Both the position numbers and the translations under genes were made by a program. A stretch of 64,000 nucleotides of DNA from Vicugna vicugna (taxonomy: Eukaryota): NCBI GenBank assembly GCA_013265495.1, contig MU058198.1:2616419-2680418 (forward strand). Reading direction: 5' to 3'. How positions within the stretch are numbered: position 1 is the first letter of the stretch; every line of letters begins with the position of its first letter. The notes under the pieces are model-generated. The model ran no database searches. It saw only the letters and a program-made list of their open reading frames with translations, and was not told where the DNA came from. Below, one piece after another: positions 12,281-25,552 of this stretch.

Positions 12281-13572
12281 TGGACCAGTATTCTATAACT
12301 TCTCTAATAAGGTAGATCAGAGAGAGATTCTGTAGATCCCTTCACCTCCTCCTCTGGCGGGAGGCCAGCTTGCCTCGCAGCACATATAATTGGTGATTGC
12401 CTCAGGCAGGAAAGACAAATCTAGCTTATGCCCTGCAGGACCCCCGGGGTCTCAGGTTGAAATGTGCAGTCCTTTGCACGCAGGAAAGCAGCGGGTCACA
12501 CTGCAGGTGCTGCTTCTGCTCACCTTTCAATGTCAACTGAATCACTGAATTGCCAGCCTCTGTCTTCTGCAACGTCCCCCAGCTGTTTGAGGGTATCATG
12601 GTCACTGGCACATGGGTCACAGGGTGCTGGCCATGGTGCTGACCAGTCAGGACCTGTGCCATACTGGTTATTAGAATTTTTGAATATCGCCCAGCTAGAT
12701 CCTTTTACAGAACCCCCACCTTGAAAGTCTTTCTGCAACTTCAGCATGCCACCCAGTGTGTCTTAGAATTAAGCTATTCTCTCTAGTCTTGGTACCCGGG
12801 GGTTCAGCCACAGTGGCTGGGATGGGCTCCACTGCCAAAGAGAGGTGGCTGTGCATGTGTGTATATGTGTGTGTGCGTGTTTACCTGGCTTTCCTGAAGA
12901 AATGCCATTATGGAAGAGACAGTAAACAACTTAATATTAAATATTAAGTATTTCTTTGTCCTTAAAAATTCTTTGCCCATCCTTGTCCACTGAGGGCCTT
13001 TAAAAACATCTATATGCCCTGCCTATAAGAAAAATATATACGTAATGAACAGTTAAGCACAGCAGAATTGCCAGATCACACTTTGCCCACACAGCTGGGT
13101 AAGCAGTCAGCCTAGAATGAGTCCCTCTCTCACCATAGGTGGTATATAGGACCCTCAATTTATATGCCTTCTGAGAGCTAGGAAAGGCTCTGGATTCAGG
13201 CCTGGCTGGATCCAGTGGCTCTGACAACATCTCCAGGAGTTGATTCCCCTCTCACTATCTTTTTACTCTGCTTTTAGGTCTGGCTTCTTTGCTAGGCAGG
13301 CTCTCCTTTCCTTGTGGCCACCATCAGATTTAGACTCATAGCCTAGTATTTTAGCATTATTAAGGGAGAGAAATTGGTCTTTTCTGGTCATGTTAGCAAA
13401 AGTCCCTGGATTCGCTTTGATTGGGCTTACCTGGGGCAGGTGACATCTCTAAATGGACCACTCTGGTCAGGACAGTGGAGTATACAAACTGGCCAAGGCC
13501 AGGTCAGTGCTACCCCAAATCACACTGACTAAACAGGAAAGGGCTGATTCCAGAAGAGTTCAGTTACCTAAC

Positions 13573-14151
13573 TATGGTAGGCAGACTTCTAAGGTGGCCC
13601 TGAACTTCCTGGTGTGCACACTCTGTGTAATCTTTTCCCCTTGAATGTAGGCAGAACCTGTGCGTGTGAGGGAATGTCACTCCCATGACCAGGTTACTAA
13701 TCAGTTGACTGAGTTAATCAAAAGAGAGATCATCTGGGTGGGCCTGACTTGATCAGGTGCACCCTTAAAGGAACCAGGCTCTTCCTGATGACAGAGATGT
13801 TCAGAATGTGAGACAGCCTATAGGGAGACCACAAAGCAAGGTCCCAGAACGGACTTTAGGAGGCGAGAGAGGTCTCTGGCTAATACCAGCAAGAAAATGG
13901 AGACCTCAGTCATACAATCAGAAGGAACTGAAGTCTGCAAACAAGCAGCCATCTTGCAGGAGGACCCCAGCCCCAGATGAGACCCCAGCCCCGGCTGACA
14001 TCGTGGTTTCAGCCCAGTGAGATGCTGAGCAGAGAATCCATTTGAGCCGCACTCAGCCTTCTGATCTACAGAACTGTGAGCTAATGAATGTGCGTTATTT
14101 AAGGCGCTACATTTCTATCAATCTGTTTTGCAGCAATGGAAAACTAATACA
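13573..14151 (+). mobile_element. MLT1E/F-like MaLR solo LTR
   Basis: Starts tatggtaggcagacttctaaggtggccc, ends gcagcaatggaaaactaataca. Confidence 0.8.
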
Positions 14152-14399
14152 CAGAATTAGGGGAAATGAGTGCGGGGGAGGCAAAGTGAATGAGGTATAT
14201 GAGTTGCTGCGAGCCAGGCGGCCATCTTTGGTTGAAATAGACTAGCTCTGGAATATAAGCTTAGCCGGGAGACATGTGGAAGATCATGATCCCCTCTCTG
14301 GGAAAACATTTCCTTGGGTGGGCATCCTACTCCTCAGTCTCTCGCACTAGGGTCTTTTGCCTCTTGGCAGGAGGGAGGCCTGGTATGCTTGTTTATCTT

Positions 14400-14900
14400 T
14401 TGAATTTGTTACTTAAAGTGATTTAGCATCAGTTCCACCTTCCCCACAATCCTGTGAATTTCCTTTGGGGAAACATCCCTCTGGGACTTTTGTTCATGTG
14501 AATTAGGTGGTATTAACCCCACCTTCAGCTCCAGTGCTGGGCTCTGATTCACTTAAACCAACTGTCATATCTCATTCCCCAGGCCATAGTGGTTGATTCA
14601 GGGATGGGCCAATCACAGCTGTGGAGGAGAGAGAAAGAGACAGACAGACAGGCAGACAGACAGACTCTTTTTCTTTCTGGACGTGAACTGGCCAGCCATT
14701 TTCCAATGGTGAGAAGAGAAGCTTTATGAAGGCATGGAATTCAGAAATGGAAAGAGAAGAATGGAGTTAAGAGATGATGTGAGAAAAATTGGATTCTGTT
14801 AAGTTTTTGGAGCCTAGATCAAACCATACCTGCAGATCTGCCCCTGGACCATTCAGTTACATCAACAAAATTGAGTTGGATTTTATGATGCTTATAGCTG
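14400..14900 (+). mobile_element. LTR16-like ERVL LTR
   Basis: ttcctttggggaaac...ccaggccatagtggttgattcagggatgggccaatca...ggaccattcagttacat. Confidence 0.55.
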
Positions 14901-15671
14901 GTTGGAATGGCTTTCCTTCCCTTCCTTTTTCTTAATGTTTGGATACCTGTTAATTGTTTTTTTTATGGGTGCAGCTGATCAGGAAGTGTTATTTTTTCTA
15001 TAATAAATAGGTTATGGATATCTTGGTTTCACAGGACCTCTAAGAGCACTAAATTTTACCCTGAATTTGGCTCAGAGGCACCTGAGTTCTGATGGGTCAC
15101 AGGGACCCTGTTTGTGAAAACTTGTCTTTACATAGATGATAAAATAGCAAAATAGTATTCAAGGTTTTTGCCTTGAGCCCTGGGCTTGTTCTGGAGATGA
15201 TGCTCATGGCAGGAGGAAAGTTTGCTCCTCTCATCCTCCAGGGGCCTTCCTTGTTGGGAATTTGGCCTCAGGTGGCTGAGTCACATCCGACTGACTCCAG
15301 GTACCCAAGTCTGGATCTGCTTGTCCAAACAGGGTGATGCCTCCTGTCCCCCCAGGGCAGCCAGTATCATCTCCTGCTTTTTTGATTCCTGATTCAGCAT
15401 CATGCAGGGCATGGATTCTGGGGTGCAGGGGAGGGACCTTTACTTCTCCTGTATAGCTTGTGTTTGCAAGCACAGCAGCCTGCTCTTATCAAGTCTGGTT
15501 TTCTAACTAGCAGCATCTTGAATGACTTCCTGTAAAGGCACCCTTGGTCTTTGTACAGATGTGGGGGGCTTTTTTTTCTTGTTGTGTATAGTGCATGACT
15601 GTCCCCATAAACAAACACCCACTGAGCACTGGGCTCTAGCAATGAAAGGATGGAGTTTGGAGACAGCACGC

Positions 15672-15980
15672 AAGTAAAAGGGAGCAGGACCCTGTGGTAC
15701 CTCACCACCTTCGTTTCCTGTTTATAGAAAAGCTGGAGTCTCCCAGGCCTCCCTGAGCCATAGAAGAGCAGGCTCAAGCAGTTGATCAGGACAAGCCTGC
15801 AGGCACTGGGGGATGGCAGGGACTCTGATCACCTAGCTTAATGATTAACTGAGATTACCCCCAACCCCCATTTTCCTTTAAAACTTTAATGGCTGAACAG
15901 ACTCTTTGGAGATGTTTTTTGGTGGGGGATGCTGGGTCCACCAGATTGCAGGCATTCTGGTTAAAAGCAACTTTCTCTTT
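15672..15980 (+). mobile_element. Partial ERV1-type LTR (artiodactyl-like)
   Basis: agggagcaggaccctgtgg...tctcccaggcctccctgagcc...ttttcctttaaaacttt...aaagcaactttctcttt. Confidence 0.55.
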
Positions 15981-16577
15981 TGTTGCCAAGGCTGATGCCC
16001 CCAGGATCGTACCCCTGCCCCTCGCTCGACTAGAAACCAGTTACTCTTATCTAAGTCTCAGGAGGCGAGAACTGGTTAGAACCCAGTCCGAGATGGTGGA
16101 GGATTTGACTTCCAGTGGACCTTAAGCCTCATTATAGGCTCACTGTGATATATTAGTATGCTAAGCGACACACCCACCAGCGCCATGACAGTTGACGATT
16201 GCCATGACAACCACCGGAAAAGCCCATATAAGGACTGAAAAGCTCAAATAAGGACTGATTGGCTCCATCATACCTGGAAGGAGGACATGATGGTGGAAGT
16301 CTCCCTTAAAGGTCCACGTGGCCCGATCCAGGCGGGAGCTGTCCCTGCTGCCCGTCTGGGCTGACAGCTCCCTGCCTGAGTGCCTTTTCCTCACTTGAGT
16401 GCTTTTCTTCCCTTCTTCCTGCTCGAGCACTTTTCTTCCATGTCCCCTTCTGAGCAATAAAGCGGCTGTTCACTTCATCCTTCTGTCTCTGCCATGCAAA
16501 TTCTTTCACAGCCGGTGGCGGCAAGGACCCACGCTTCTGTGGGCTTCCTGATTCAGGGGTCCCTGTACCCACTAACA
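15981..16577 (+). mobile_element. ERV solo LTR, relatively young
   Basis: TG...CA termini (tgttgcc...ctaaca), AATAAA at 16456, TATA-like catataag at ~16225, CpG retained. Confidence 0.7.
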
Positions 16578-17584
16578 CAAGGATACTGGACACCAGTATG
16601 GATCCCTGTGACCACACTATTCTGGTTCTTCACTCTCCACCTCCCTGCAAGGCCCAGTAATCCTGCAGCATCCCATGGCGGGCTCAAAACTCTTCTCTCG
16701 GTGCCTGCACTGCTCTTCCCAATAATGTCTCTCACTCTGGGGAGTCCTCTCTGGGTAGATGTGTGTGTAAGGGCGGGTACTTTAATCCTTCTAAGCATCC
16801 TGCCAGACATACATACCTTTTCTCTTCCAGAGAAGACCTTTATTTTAAAAGCTAATTTGTGTTTCTCCACGCTGGTGGAAGTACTTGCTTTGGAGAGCTT
16901 ACCGATGTCTGCTTGTTCCCAGGAGAATTGCTATGACTTCTGCACTTTTTAGGAGCTCAGCTCAGGCTGCCTGGTGTTTTGTTTCTGTTTGGATGTTTTT
17001 CCTGCTGGCACCTCCAGATCCAGTTCCAGGGTACTTTCATCCCTTATTTTCTCTTATCCCTGCCCACACCTCTGCAATAATCTCTTCATTAAACTCTCCT
17101 CAAATACCTCGTTTGAGTGTCCCATCCTTTTCCTGCCAGGACCAGACTGATCCACTTGGAACATGCAGGGTCAAAGAACGCACCCTCCAAAGGCTTCTCC
17201 AACGTCCCTCTCATTTGGGGTGGTTGTCCACCTCCAGCAGGGCCTGAATCAGGGCAATCAGTGCTGCCTTATTTTATCTGATCAAGTTCCTTATTGATCA
17301 TGAAGATGCATCAGGAATAGCTAGGTGGGCACTGCACCTGGAGTTAATAACCCGGGATGCAATTCTCAAATGAATCTGGGGGTCATTCACCTGAGCCTTT
17401 CCAGCTGGTGAAGAGCCCCCAGTTCCTTGACCAAGGAAAACCAAAGCCTCAGCTGAGTTCCTGTGAATTCCTGGTGAATCACTGCCTCTGGGATCCTCCT
17501 AGTTGTACACTATTTATGCACCTCACAACCCTAGAAGTGAATCATCACAAATAATCCATTCACACACAAGCACTAGTGGGTAAT

Positions 17585-18103
17585 TGTGATGGGCAGCTTC
17601 TAAGATGGCCCTCAATGATCTCTGCCTCTTAGTATTCACACCCTCCTTTCCTGAATGTGGGCTGGGTCCAGTGACATTTTTCATCAGTAGAATGTAGCAA
17701 GAAAGGATGAAACTTTGCCCCTGAGATAAAGTCTAAAAAGACTGGGATGTCCTTATTTCTGGCACATGTTCTCTCTTGCTCACTCTGATAAATTAAGCCA
17801 CCATGTTGTAAACTGCCCTAGAGAGAAGCCCACATGGCAAGGATTTGATGGGAGCCTCTGCCAACAGCTCATGAAGAACTGACAACAAGCACACGAGTGA
17901 GTTTGAATTCTTCCCCAGTCTAGTCTTGAGAAGAAACCTGGCTGACACTGTCACTGCACCGTGGGAGAGGCGCTGAAGCAAAGGGCCTCATTAATCCAGG
18001 TTCAAATTCCTGACCCACAGAAACAGTGAGATAATAAATGTGAACTGTTTTAAGCTGTTCAGTTTCGGGGTGATTTGTTACACAGCAACATATAGCTAAT
18101 ACA
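17585..18103 (+). mobile_element. MLT1F-like MaLR solo LTR
   Basis: tgtgatgggcagcttctaagatggccc...agctaataca; flanks gtaat/gtgat match at 4/5 as a TSD. Confidence 0.82.
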
Positions 18104-18399
18104 GTGATCTGAACTTTACTGATGATTGCAAGGGGGAGAACAAAGTGGGATTTGCATTGCGTGTCTCACAATGAATAACCAACTAACCAGTCCATTAGGC
18201 ATTTCTCTGCACCTTCAGCTCTCTCAGTGCTGAGCGGTCCTCTCTCGTCTCTCTAGATGTCACTTTTCCACTTGGCGGTACTCAGCTTCATTGGCCATTA
18301 CCTTACTTAGGGTTTTCAGTTCTTTGTCCATTTGGCATAGAATTTGTTTTTTAGGTGGATTCTAAAAATTATAATCCTTTTACTAAGTAACAAGGTCTT

Positions 18400-19170
18400 C
18401 ATATTACCCACATCCCATGACAACAATGCCTTTAACTGTAGAAACCAGTAACAAAAAAGATATTCTTACAGGCTTGAAGAAAAACAAAAACAAAAATAAA
18501 CAAAAAAACTTTTAAAAACCTCAGAAGTCACTGAAGAAATTACAACAGAACTCAGAAAATATCTATAAGAAAACAGTAACAAAAACAACAAAAACCATAC
18601 ATTTCAAAACTTGTGAGATACAGCTAAGATAATACTTAGCGGACATTTAATGGCCTTAAATGCTTACAATAGGCTGAAAATTAATGAGAAAGCATCTAAG
18701 TTAAAGTTTTAAAAGTCAGCGTAATATATAATGAATAAAGCAAAATGAAAAAGTAGAAGGAAGAAAATAATATACATAGTTAAGGAAAAAAATTAAGTAG
18801 GAAACAAACATCTAACCGTATCATTATACCCAAAAACCAGTTCTTCAAAAAGATGAACAGAATCGATAATGCCATTTTAGGGTTAATCAAGAACAACATT
18901 AGAAGCGTAAATAAAAATGTTAGCTATGAAAAATGGAATATATAAGTAACGCATATGATTAAATAGATAAAAGAATATTAGAAACAACTTTATGCCAATA
19001 GGTGTGAATACATAAATGATGTAGGGGAAGTCCCAGAAAAATCCAATGTATTATTTAAGGAATAAACTAAGACCATAATAATTTTTTAACCACTTAAGTA
19101 ATTATGTCAAAAGCTAAAAATCTTCTCATGAGAAGACAATGACTCTGAGGGGTTACAGGTGAATTTCACT
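18400..19170 (+). mobile_element. Old L1 ORF2 fragment
   Basis: A-rich; degenerate [23 protein letters not shown]-like coding at ~18597-18668. Confidence 0.75.
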
Positions 19171-21319
19171 ATCATTTGGTGGAGAACTTTAGTTCTTTCT
19201 GTCTTCTACTGCCAAACTTGTTGATAAACTCCTCCGGGTGTCTGGGCAGAACAAGGTCTTCTCTTAACCCAGCCCAGCTTTCCTGGGAACAGTGCGGGTT
19301 ATAGATCTATCCAATATGTCTTAAATCAAGTCTCTCAGCTTCTTCTTACATATATTGCTACTGAAGACTCAAAACTATTGAAAAATACTTGCAAATAAAA
19401 TTTTAATCTAACAGAGAAAATGCCCTTATGACATTGTTTGAATCAAGTTCTCCTGTTGCACATGAAGGAGAAGTACCCGTTGCTGGAGAAAAGCTTTCTA
19501 AACCCTATGCTTTTTGACATTTCAGCTTGCACTGAATTGCAACAGGGAGCACTTCTGTACAGGTGAATTTTTTAAAAAGTTCCTCCTCGGGGTAGAGTGG
19601 ACGAGTTCCCAAAAGGCATCCCTTTCTTTGGCTGATGCCCGTTGGACCAGGCCAGACGATTTAACTAGTGATCAGAGGGAGGGCTGGACTTCTGTCTCCA
19701 CTCATCTCCTTGGCCGGGCGCCTTTGTGAAGTGCACACACCACACAGCCCAACTGTGCTTGAGGCCCTGAGGGTCCCCGCTATTGCTCCTCATTACGAAA
19801 CTCAGCAACTCAGACAGCTGAGAGAGGCATTCTGAAATTTAAATGAAGTTCAAGTAAATTTGTGTGTAAGTTACCAAGAATGTCATCCCAGTGAAAGAGG
19901 CTTAGGTAGGACTGGTAACGTCTACCTGAATCAAGGTCTAGAAGCTATGCTGAGGTTTGCTTGTCTGACAACCTGGTTCTTTTCCTTAGAGAAGGAATTA
20001 AGTTGTTTATCTGATTGAACTGGGGCTTGTGTGATACTTCGGCAGAATTTGAAAGTAATGTGTATATTCTAAGGCTGATTTGAAAATGAACACTTGAATA
20101 CTGTACATGTAAGAGGGGCCTGTTTGGTTGGTTTGAAAAAGTCTCTTTAATTCTTTTTGGTTTACTGGTAACTATGAGTGGATTTATCCCTAAATAGTTC
20201 AGAGCCTTTTCTGTTTTAGCTCTGGGAATAATGTTTTTCTTCTTTTCAAAGATGTAATATATCTGCTAACAGTACAGAAAGATGGCAAAGATAAGAACCT
20301 TCAGGGTTCTTTGAAGACAAAATAGTATTCTGAATTGGACATTCATTAGAGTGAGGGAATAAATCTCTAAATCTGTGCCTTATGATTGTAGATTTGTTTG
20401 TTTGATGGATTTCCTTGCTTAAACTTCAGGTGCCTGCGTGATAATTTTGGAGAGAAGGGAGACAGACAAATGCTATTAGACTGATAAATCTTTTCAACGA
20501 CGTTTAAAATTTTTATCTCAGATTTGGTTAGGTTTATTTTTCATACTCTTAGTTGAAGGCAGGAGTGATTGTTCCCCTCCCTCCACATCTCAAAAGATGG
20601 GGTGATTTTTCACTTATAAATTCTTTGACCTTCGATCTTGGGGAGAAGGGGGGTCAAAGGTTTCCAGAAGGGTTAGAAATGAAGGTGGGGGTGGGGAGAC
20701 AGATCCTAACTGCCACGGGAGCAGGAAGCCTCGCGGAAGAGTAGCTGGTTTAGGGTTGCTACTTTAACGGTGGATTATTTTATCTAACTCTTGTGTTACG
20801 AGAATTAAGGCAATGGATGTGCCCAGTCGATGTTAGCTGCTGTTGCTATTCTCAGTCCCGCATGTGGGCTCACCTGGCATATTTGAGGACTTCTGTACCA
20901 AGGGTTATAGGAGAGTAAACGTGGGGTTGACCTTTTGGCCCAGTGAACTTTTCAGAGTTTAGGCTGAGGAAGGTGGGGAGGGCCCTGGGGCTGGCTGGGT
21001 TGGTGGAGGGCTCCTGCACTGAGGTCCTGAGAGCCCCAGGATAGGAGATAACCTTTGCCACAAGACCTGGGGACCACTGCTACCACTCAGGCTTCTGGGC
21101 TAATCAGCTCATGACTCGCACTCTGCCAGCGAGTTCTTTTTATAGCCTTGTGTCTACCTGGCTTTTCGTGTGGCTTCCATTCTACTTTTGCACCTTTGAT
21201 GACTTATGAAGCATTTTGTTCCTCCTCAAAGCCCGTGGAAGTGCAATGGCAGAGTGCTTCAAAACTGGATTGCCATAACTAATTTTTAAATTGTATTTGA
21301 TTTTTAAAATCCTCTTATT

Positions 21320-21816
21320 ATTTTTTAAAAATTGAAGTATAGTCAGTTTACAATGTCATGCTATATTTCTGGTGTACACATAGTGATTCAGTTATACATA
21401 TATAAATATGTTCCTTTTCATATTCTTTTTCATTATAGGCTATTACAGGATATTGACTATAGTTCCCTGTGCTCTACAGTAGGACCTTGTTTCTTACCTA
21501 TTTTATACATAGTAGTTTGTATCTGCAAATCCTGAACTCTCAGTTTATCCCTCATCACCCCTCCCTTCCCCACTGGTAACCATAAGTTTGTTTTTTATGT
21601 CTGTGTGTCTATTTCTGTTTTGTAAGATAGTTCATTTGTGTCATTTTTTTTTAGATTCCACATATAAGAGATATCACATGATATTTTTCTTTCTCTTTCT
21701 AGCTTATTTCACTTAGTGTAATAGTCTCCAGCTCCATCCATGTTGCTGTAAATGGCATTATTTTATTCCTTTTTATGGCTGAGTAGTATTCCATTATATA
21801 TCTATATCTATATCCA

Positions 21817-21862
<46 letters not shown>

Positions 21863-21957
21863 CCTATTGATCTATCTATATCTATATATATTACATCTTG
21901 TTTATTCAATCATCTTTCAATGGGCATTTAAGTTGTTTCCATGTCTTGGCTATTGCA
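21320..21957 (-). mobile_element. 5'-truncated L1 with internal (TCTA)n
   Basis: Same 3' end family as the copies at 7120 and 43495. Confidence 0.9.
21796..21890. repeat. (TCTA)n/(TA)n microsatellite
   Basis: Read directly from the sequence. Confidence 0.95.
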
Positions 21958-22489
21958 CTATCCACAAGTAGCTACCACAAACTTTGGAATTTCAAGAAGT
22001 AGCAATTAAGCCCTATAAGAACAGCCAACAGCTTATAAGTTAGAAATTTCCATGATGACATACCCTTGTTGTGAGGGGGCCAATGTGATTTCATCGTGCT
22101 GACTCCCCCTTGAGAAACTTCTGGGGGCCACGTGCATCTCCAGAATACCTTGTTGGAGGCTATTTTATTCTTCATGTGTTTGAGTAAGTGCCTTAGCAAC
22201 CCTGATGGGGACAAGGACAACCATGCCTAGCTGACTTGCTGGCCATCAAAAATAATAAACAATGAGGGACTGTTAAATAGACCATAGAACCTAAAGGACC
22301 TGCTGATAGTAGCAGAGAACCCAGCTCTTTGCTCAGCATCACAGAATAAATTGCCTTGGACATGAAAGCTGATGATGGGGGTTCTTATGGCTCAAGAGGG
22401 GATAGCCTCAGTCTTGCACACGAGGAACAGAGAGAGAAAATTTGAGTGGAGGTGAGTGGATGGGCAAAGAGAGGACAAAATCTAGCCAA

Positions 22490-22615
22490 CCTGTTCTTAT
22501 TGTTCACCATTTTATTGCCACGGCCCCACCCAGTGCCTGGCAGGTAAAGAGGCACTCTTTGTTGACTATTTGTCGAATAATGAATGAATGAATGAATGAA
22601 TGAATGAGTGAACAA
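22490..22615 (+). mobile_element. L2 3' end with (TGAA)n tail
   Basis: cagtgcctggca...tatttgtcgaataatgaatgaatgaatg. Confidence 0.8.
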
Positions 22616-24229
22616 ATAATATGTAGGACTGTTGACAATTCTGGTTTGGGGGATTTTAGTATCATTTTTTAATTTACTTTCTTAAAGAGCAGTAAGTTTA
22701 GTTATACTTTCACCCAGGAGATATTAGAGTTTGAAGCAAAAACTTGAAATCAGTGACATGTGTCATGGAATGATGGATGTCCAGACAATCCAAAGTCTCT
22801 GTCTGGGATGTGGCGTTGCCTCAGAGTTTGCCAGTGAACTTGACCGCAAACATGCTGAGTGCACTGCCAGCCACAACCAGCAATCCAGTAGTGAGTGGTG
22901 GTGTCAATCTTAAAAGCATCAGATATTCTTAGATGCTTATTTTTATAATTGGTTTTATTATGGAGTCGCTAAAATGAGCCCAGACCATATGTCTCTCCAT
23001 CGAGAAAAGTCTTGAGCACTGACTGCATGAAACAAAATCCTTGCAGAGACATTGAAAAACCACTTGTGTGACTTTGGAGGTAAAGCACTGGTGTTTTTTG
23101 CAACTCAAAAGCAAAGTCTTGGCTTAGAGCAGTACAATGAGAAGTACCATCAAACAGATAAAAATTGTTTGTCTCTTCGTTCAAGGTCAGTTTCGAATCA
23201 CTGTGAAAGGTGTGTGTAATAATAGAAAACCTGGTGGAGCCTGGAGCTGTAGAAATGGTTGAAATTATTTTAGGTCCAAAAAAAAAGCAGCCAAGTTGAA
23301 AAAGGTGCCCTTACTGAGTGATACCATCAAATGGGTTCAAAAAACGCACGTGGGCAATTGGTGGAGAGACCCAGGGGCAGCCAGTCCTTTACATTGTGAT
23401 GAAAGGCGAAATGTCAGTGGCTTAGCCGTTTTACCATCTTTAAAATAATGAAGGCCATGACAGTATGCTAATTTGCTCAGGGCTGAATGGGACAGCAGTT
23501 GGTGAACAATTTTCAGCAAGATATAATTTTTCTCCTTTCCCAGCAAGTATCAGTGTTGGCCATGGGGTTCAGAAATGTGTTGTGTCTGTGTTCCTGAAGT
23601 GACCCTGAGAGAAGGGACAGCACTGAACCTGACATGTGATGTCCGTGCACCTCGAGAGAGGCTGAATTTTCTGAAATTGAAAGATCAGTATAACAATGTC
23701 TTGCTAATAACAATCGTGCAGGGAATTTTTCATTGTTTTTTTTTCCTGATGGCAAGTAATTTATTCATTCATCAGAACAATTAAACAACCCCTTTAATGA
23801 TGCTCTTTTTCAAGGGGGTGTAATTACATGCAATGGTAAAAATCTAAGCAGTACCAAGGGTGTTCAGTGAAAATTAAGTCTCTCTCTTCAGCATCAGTGT
23901 TTTGCGGCTCCTTCCAGAGATTTTCCACGCCTATCTGTGTGTGCATGCACATAAATGCATTTCCTTTTTTATTAACACAATAGTAGCACGCTGTGTTCTT
24001 TCTCTTTTTTAAAAAAAATCGAGGTGAAATTCACATAAAATTAACCATTTTAAAGTATACAATTCAGTGGCATTTAGTATGTTCACGTTGTCATTGCAAC
24101 CACCGCCTCTGTCTAGTTCCAAAACATCCTGTTCTCTTTCGCTCTTGATTATTATGATTTTTTCACTTAATAATACCTCCTGGAGATTGTTCCATACCAG
24201 GAAATGTAAGTTTATCTCTCTTCTTTATT

Positions 24230-24605
24230 CTGTGGGTGATCCTTGTGCCAGACCTGGGGATGAGCAGCTCGTTGAGAAAGAGCTGGCTGCCCAGCTCCAA
24301 GGAGTTAAGCTGGGGCTTTTTCAGGGTCCCACTTGGCTGTCGAGATGGAGTCACACTCTTCTTAGAGCAGCCTCCTCCCCAGGACCGAGCAAGGCAGTGG
24401 TATGAGGGCCTCACTGCTTCTCTAACAGGCAGTCTTGGCTTCCCTCTGGGGTGGTGTTAGCTCTAAATTGAGCTCTAATGACACTCCTCCCCTCCCCCTC
24501 GCAATCCTAGTTCCTCTCCTTTCCCTTCATATATGTTATTCCCTAATAAGTCTTCTACACTCTGTCTCGGCATCCGCTTCTCAGAGAACCCACCTGGAAC
24601 CCATA
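24230..24605 (+). mobile_element. ERVL-type solo LTR inside an old L1
   Basis: End ctaataagtc...ctgtctcggcatccgcttctcagagaaccca. Confidence 0.55.
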
Positions 24606-24775
24606 CACTGCATCTCGTGCATCCGGTCTTCTACTGATTGACACTGAGGCTGCTTCTGGTCTCCTGCTATCACAGGTAGTGCCGAATGCAGTCCTTGCAC
24701 ACGCGCCTTTGCACACATGTCCAAGACTATCTGGAGGACAAATTCCCAGAGGTTGAGTCTAAAGTTTGCATTTAA

Positions 24776-25552
24776 TGCTGGAGAGGGTGTGGAGAAAAGG
24801 GAACCCTCCTACATTGTTGGCGGGAATGTAATTTGGTGCAGCCACTATGGAAAACAGTAGGGAGAATCCTTAAAAAACTAAAATTAGAGTTACCATATGA
24901 TCCAGCAGTCCCACTCCTGGGCATAAATCTGGAGGAAACTCTAATTCAAAAAGATACATGCACTCCAATGTTCATAGCAGCACTATTTACAATAGGCAAG
25001 ACATGGAAGCAAGCTGAATGTCCACTGAGAGGCGGCTGGATAAAGAAGATGTGGAATGGAATATTGGAATGGACATTGGAATATTGGAATGGAATATCAC
25101 TCAGCCATAAAAAAGAATGAAACAATGCCATTTGCGGCAACGTGGATGGACCTAGAGATGATCGTACTAAGTGAAGTAAAAGATGAATATCATGATATCA
25201 TTTATATGTGGAATCTAAAAACATACAAATAAACTTATCCACAAAATAGAAACAGACTCATAGATGTAGAAAACAAACTTATGGTTACCAAAGGGGAAAA
25301 AGGGTGGGGGAGGGATAAATTAGGAGTTTGGGATTAGCGGATACATGCTACTATACGTAAAACAGATAAACAACAAGGTCCTATTGTAGAGCACAGGGAA
25401 CTATATTCAATATCTTATAGTAACTTATAATGAGAAAGAATATGAGAAATATATACGTGTGCGTGTGTGTGTTTGTGTGTAACTAAATCACTATACTGTA
25501 CACCAGAAACTAACACAACATGGTAAATCAACTATACTTCAATAAAAAATTT
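24776..25552 (+). mobile_element. 5'-truncated L1 (ORF2 C-terminus and 3' UTR) with TSD
   Basis: Peptide [45 protein letters not shown] tttgcatttaa at 24765-24775 / 25553-25563. Confidence 0.93.

Noticed and set aside
24833..25120. ORF with L1 ORF2 C-terminal similarity
   Set aside because: Part of a 5'-truncated L1, not a host gene.
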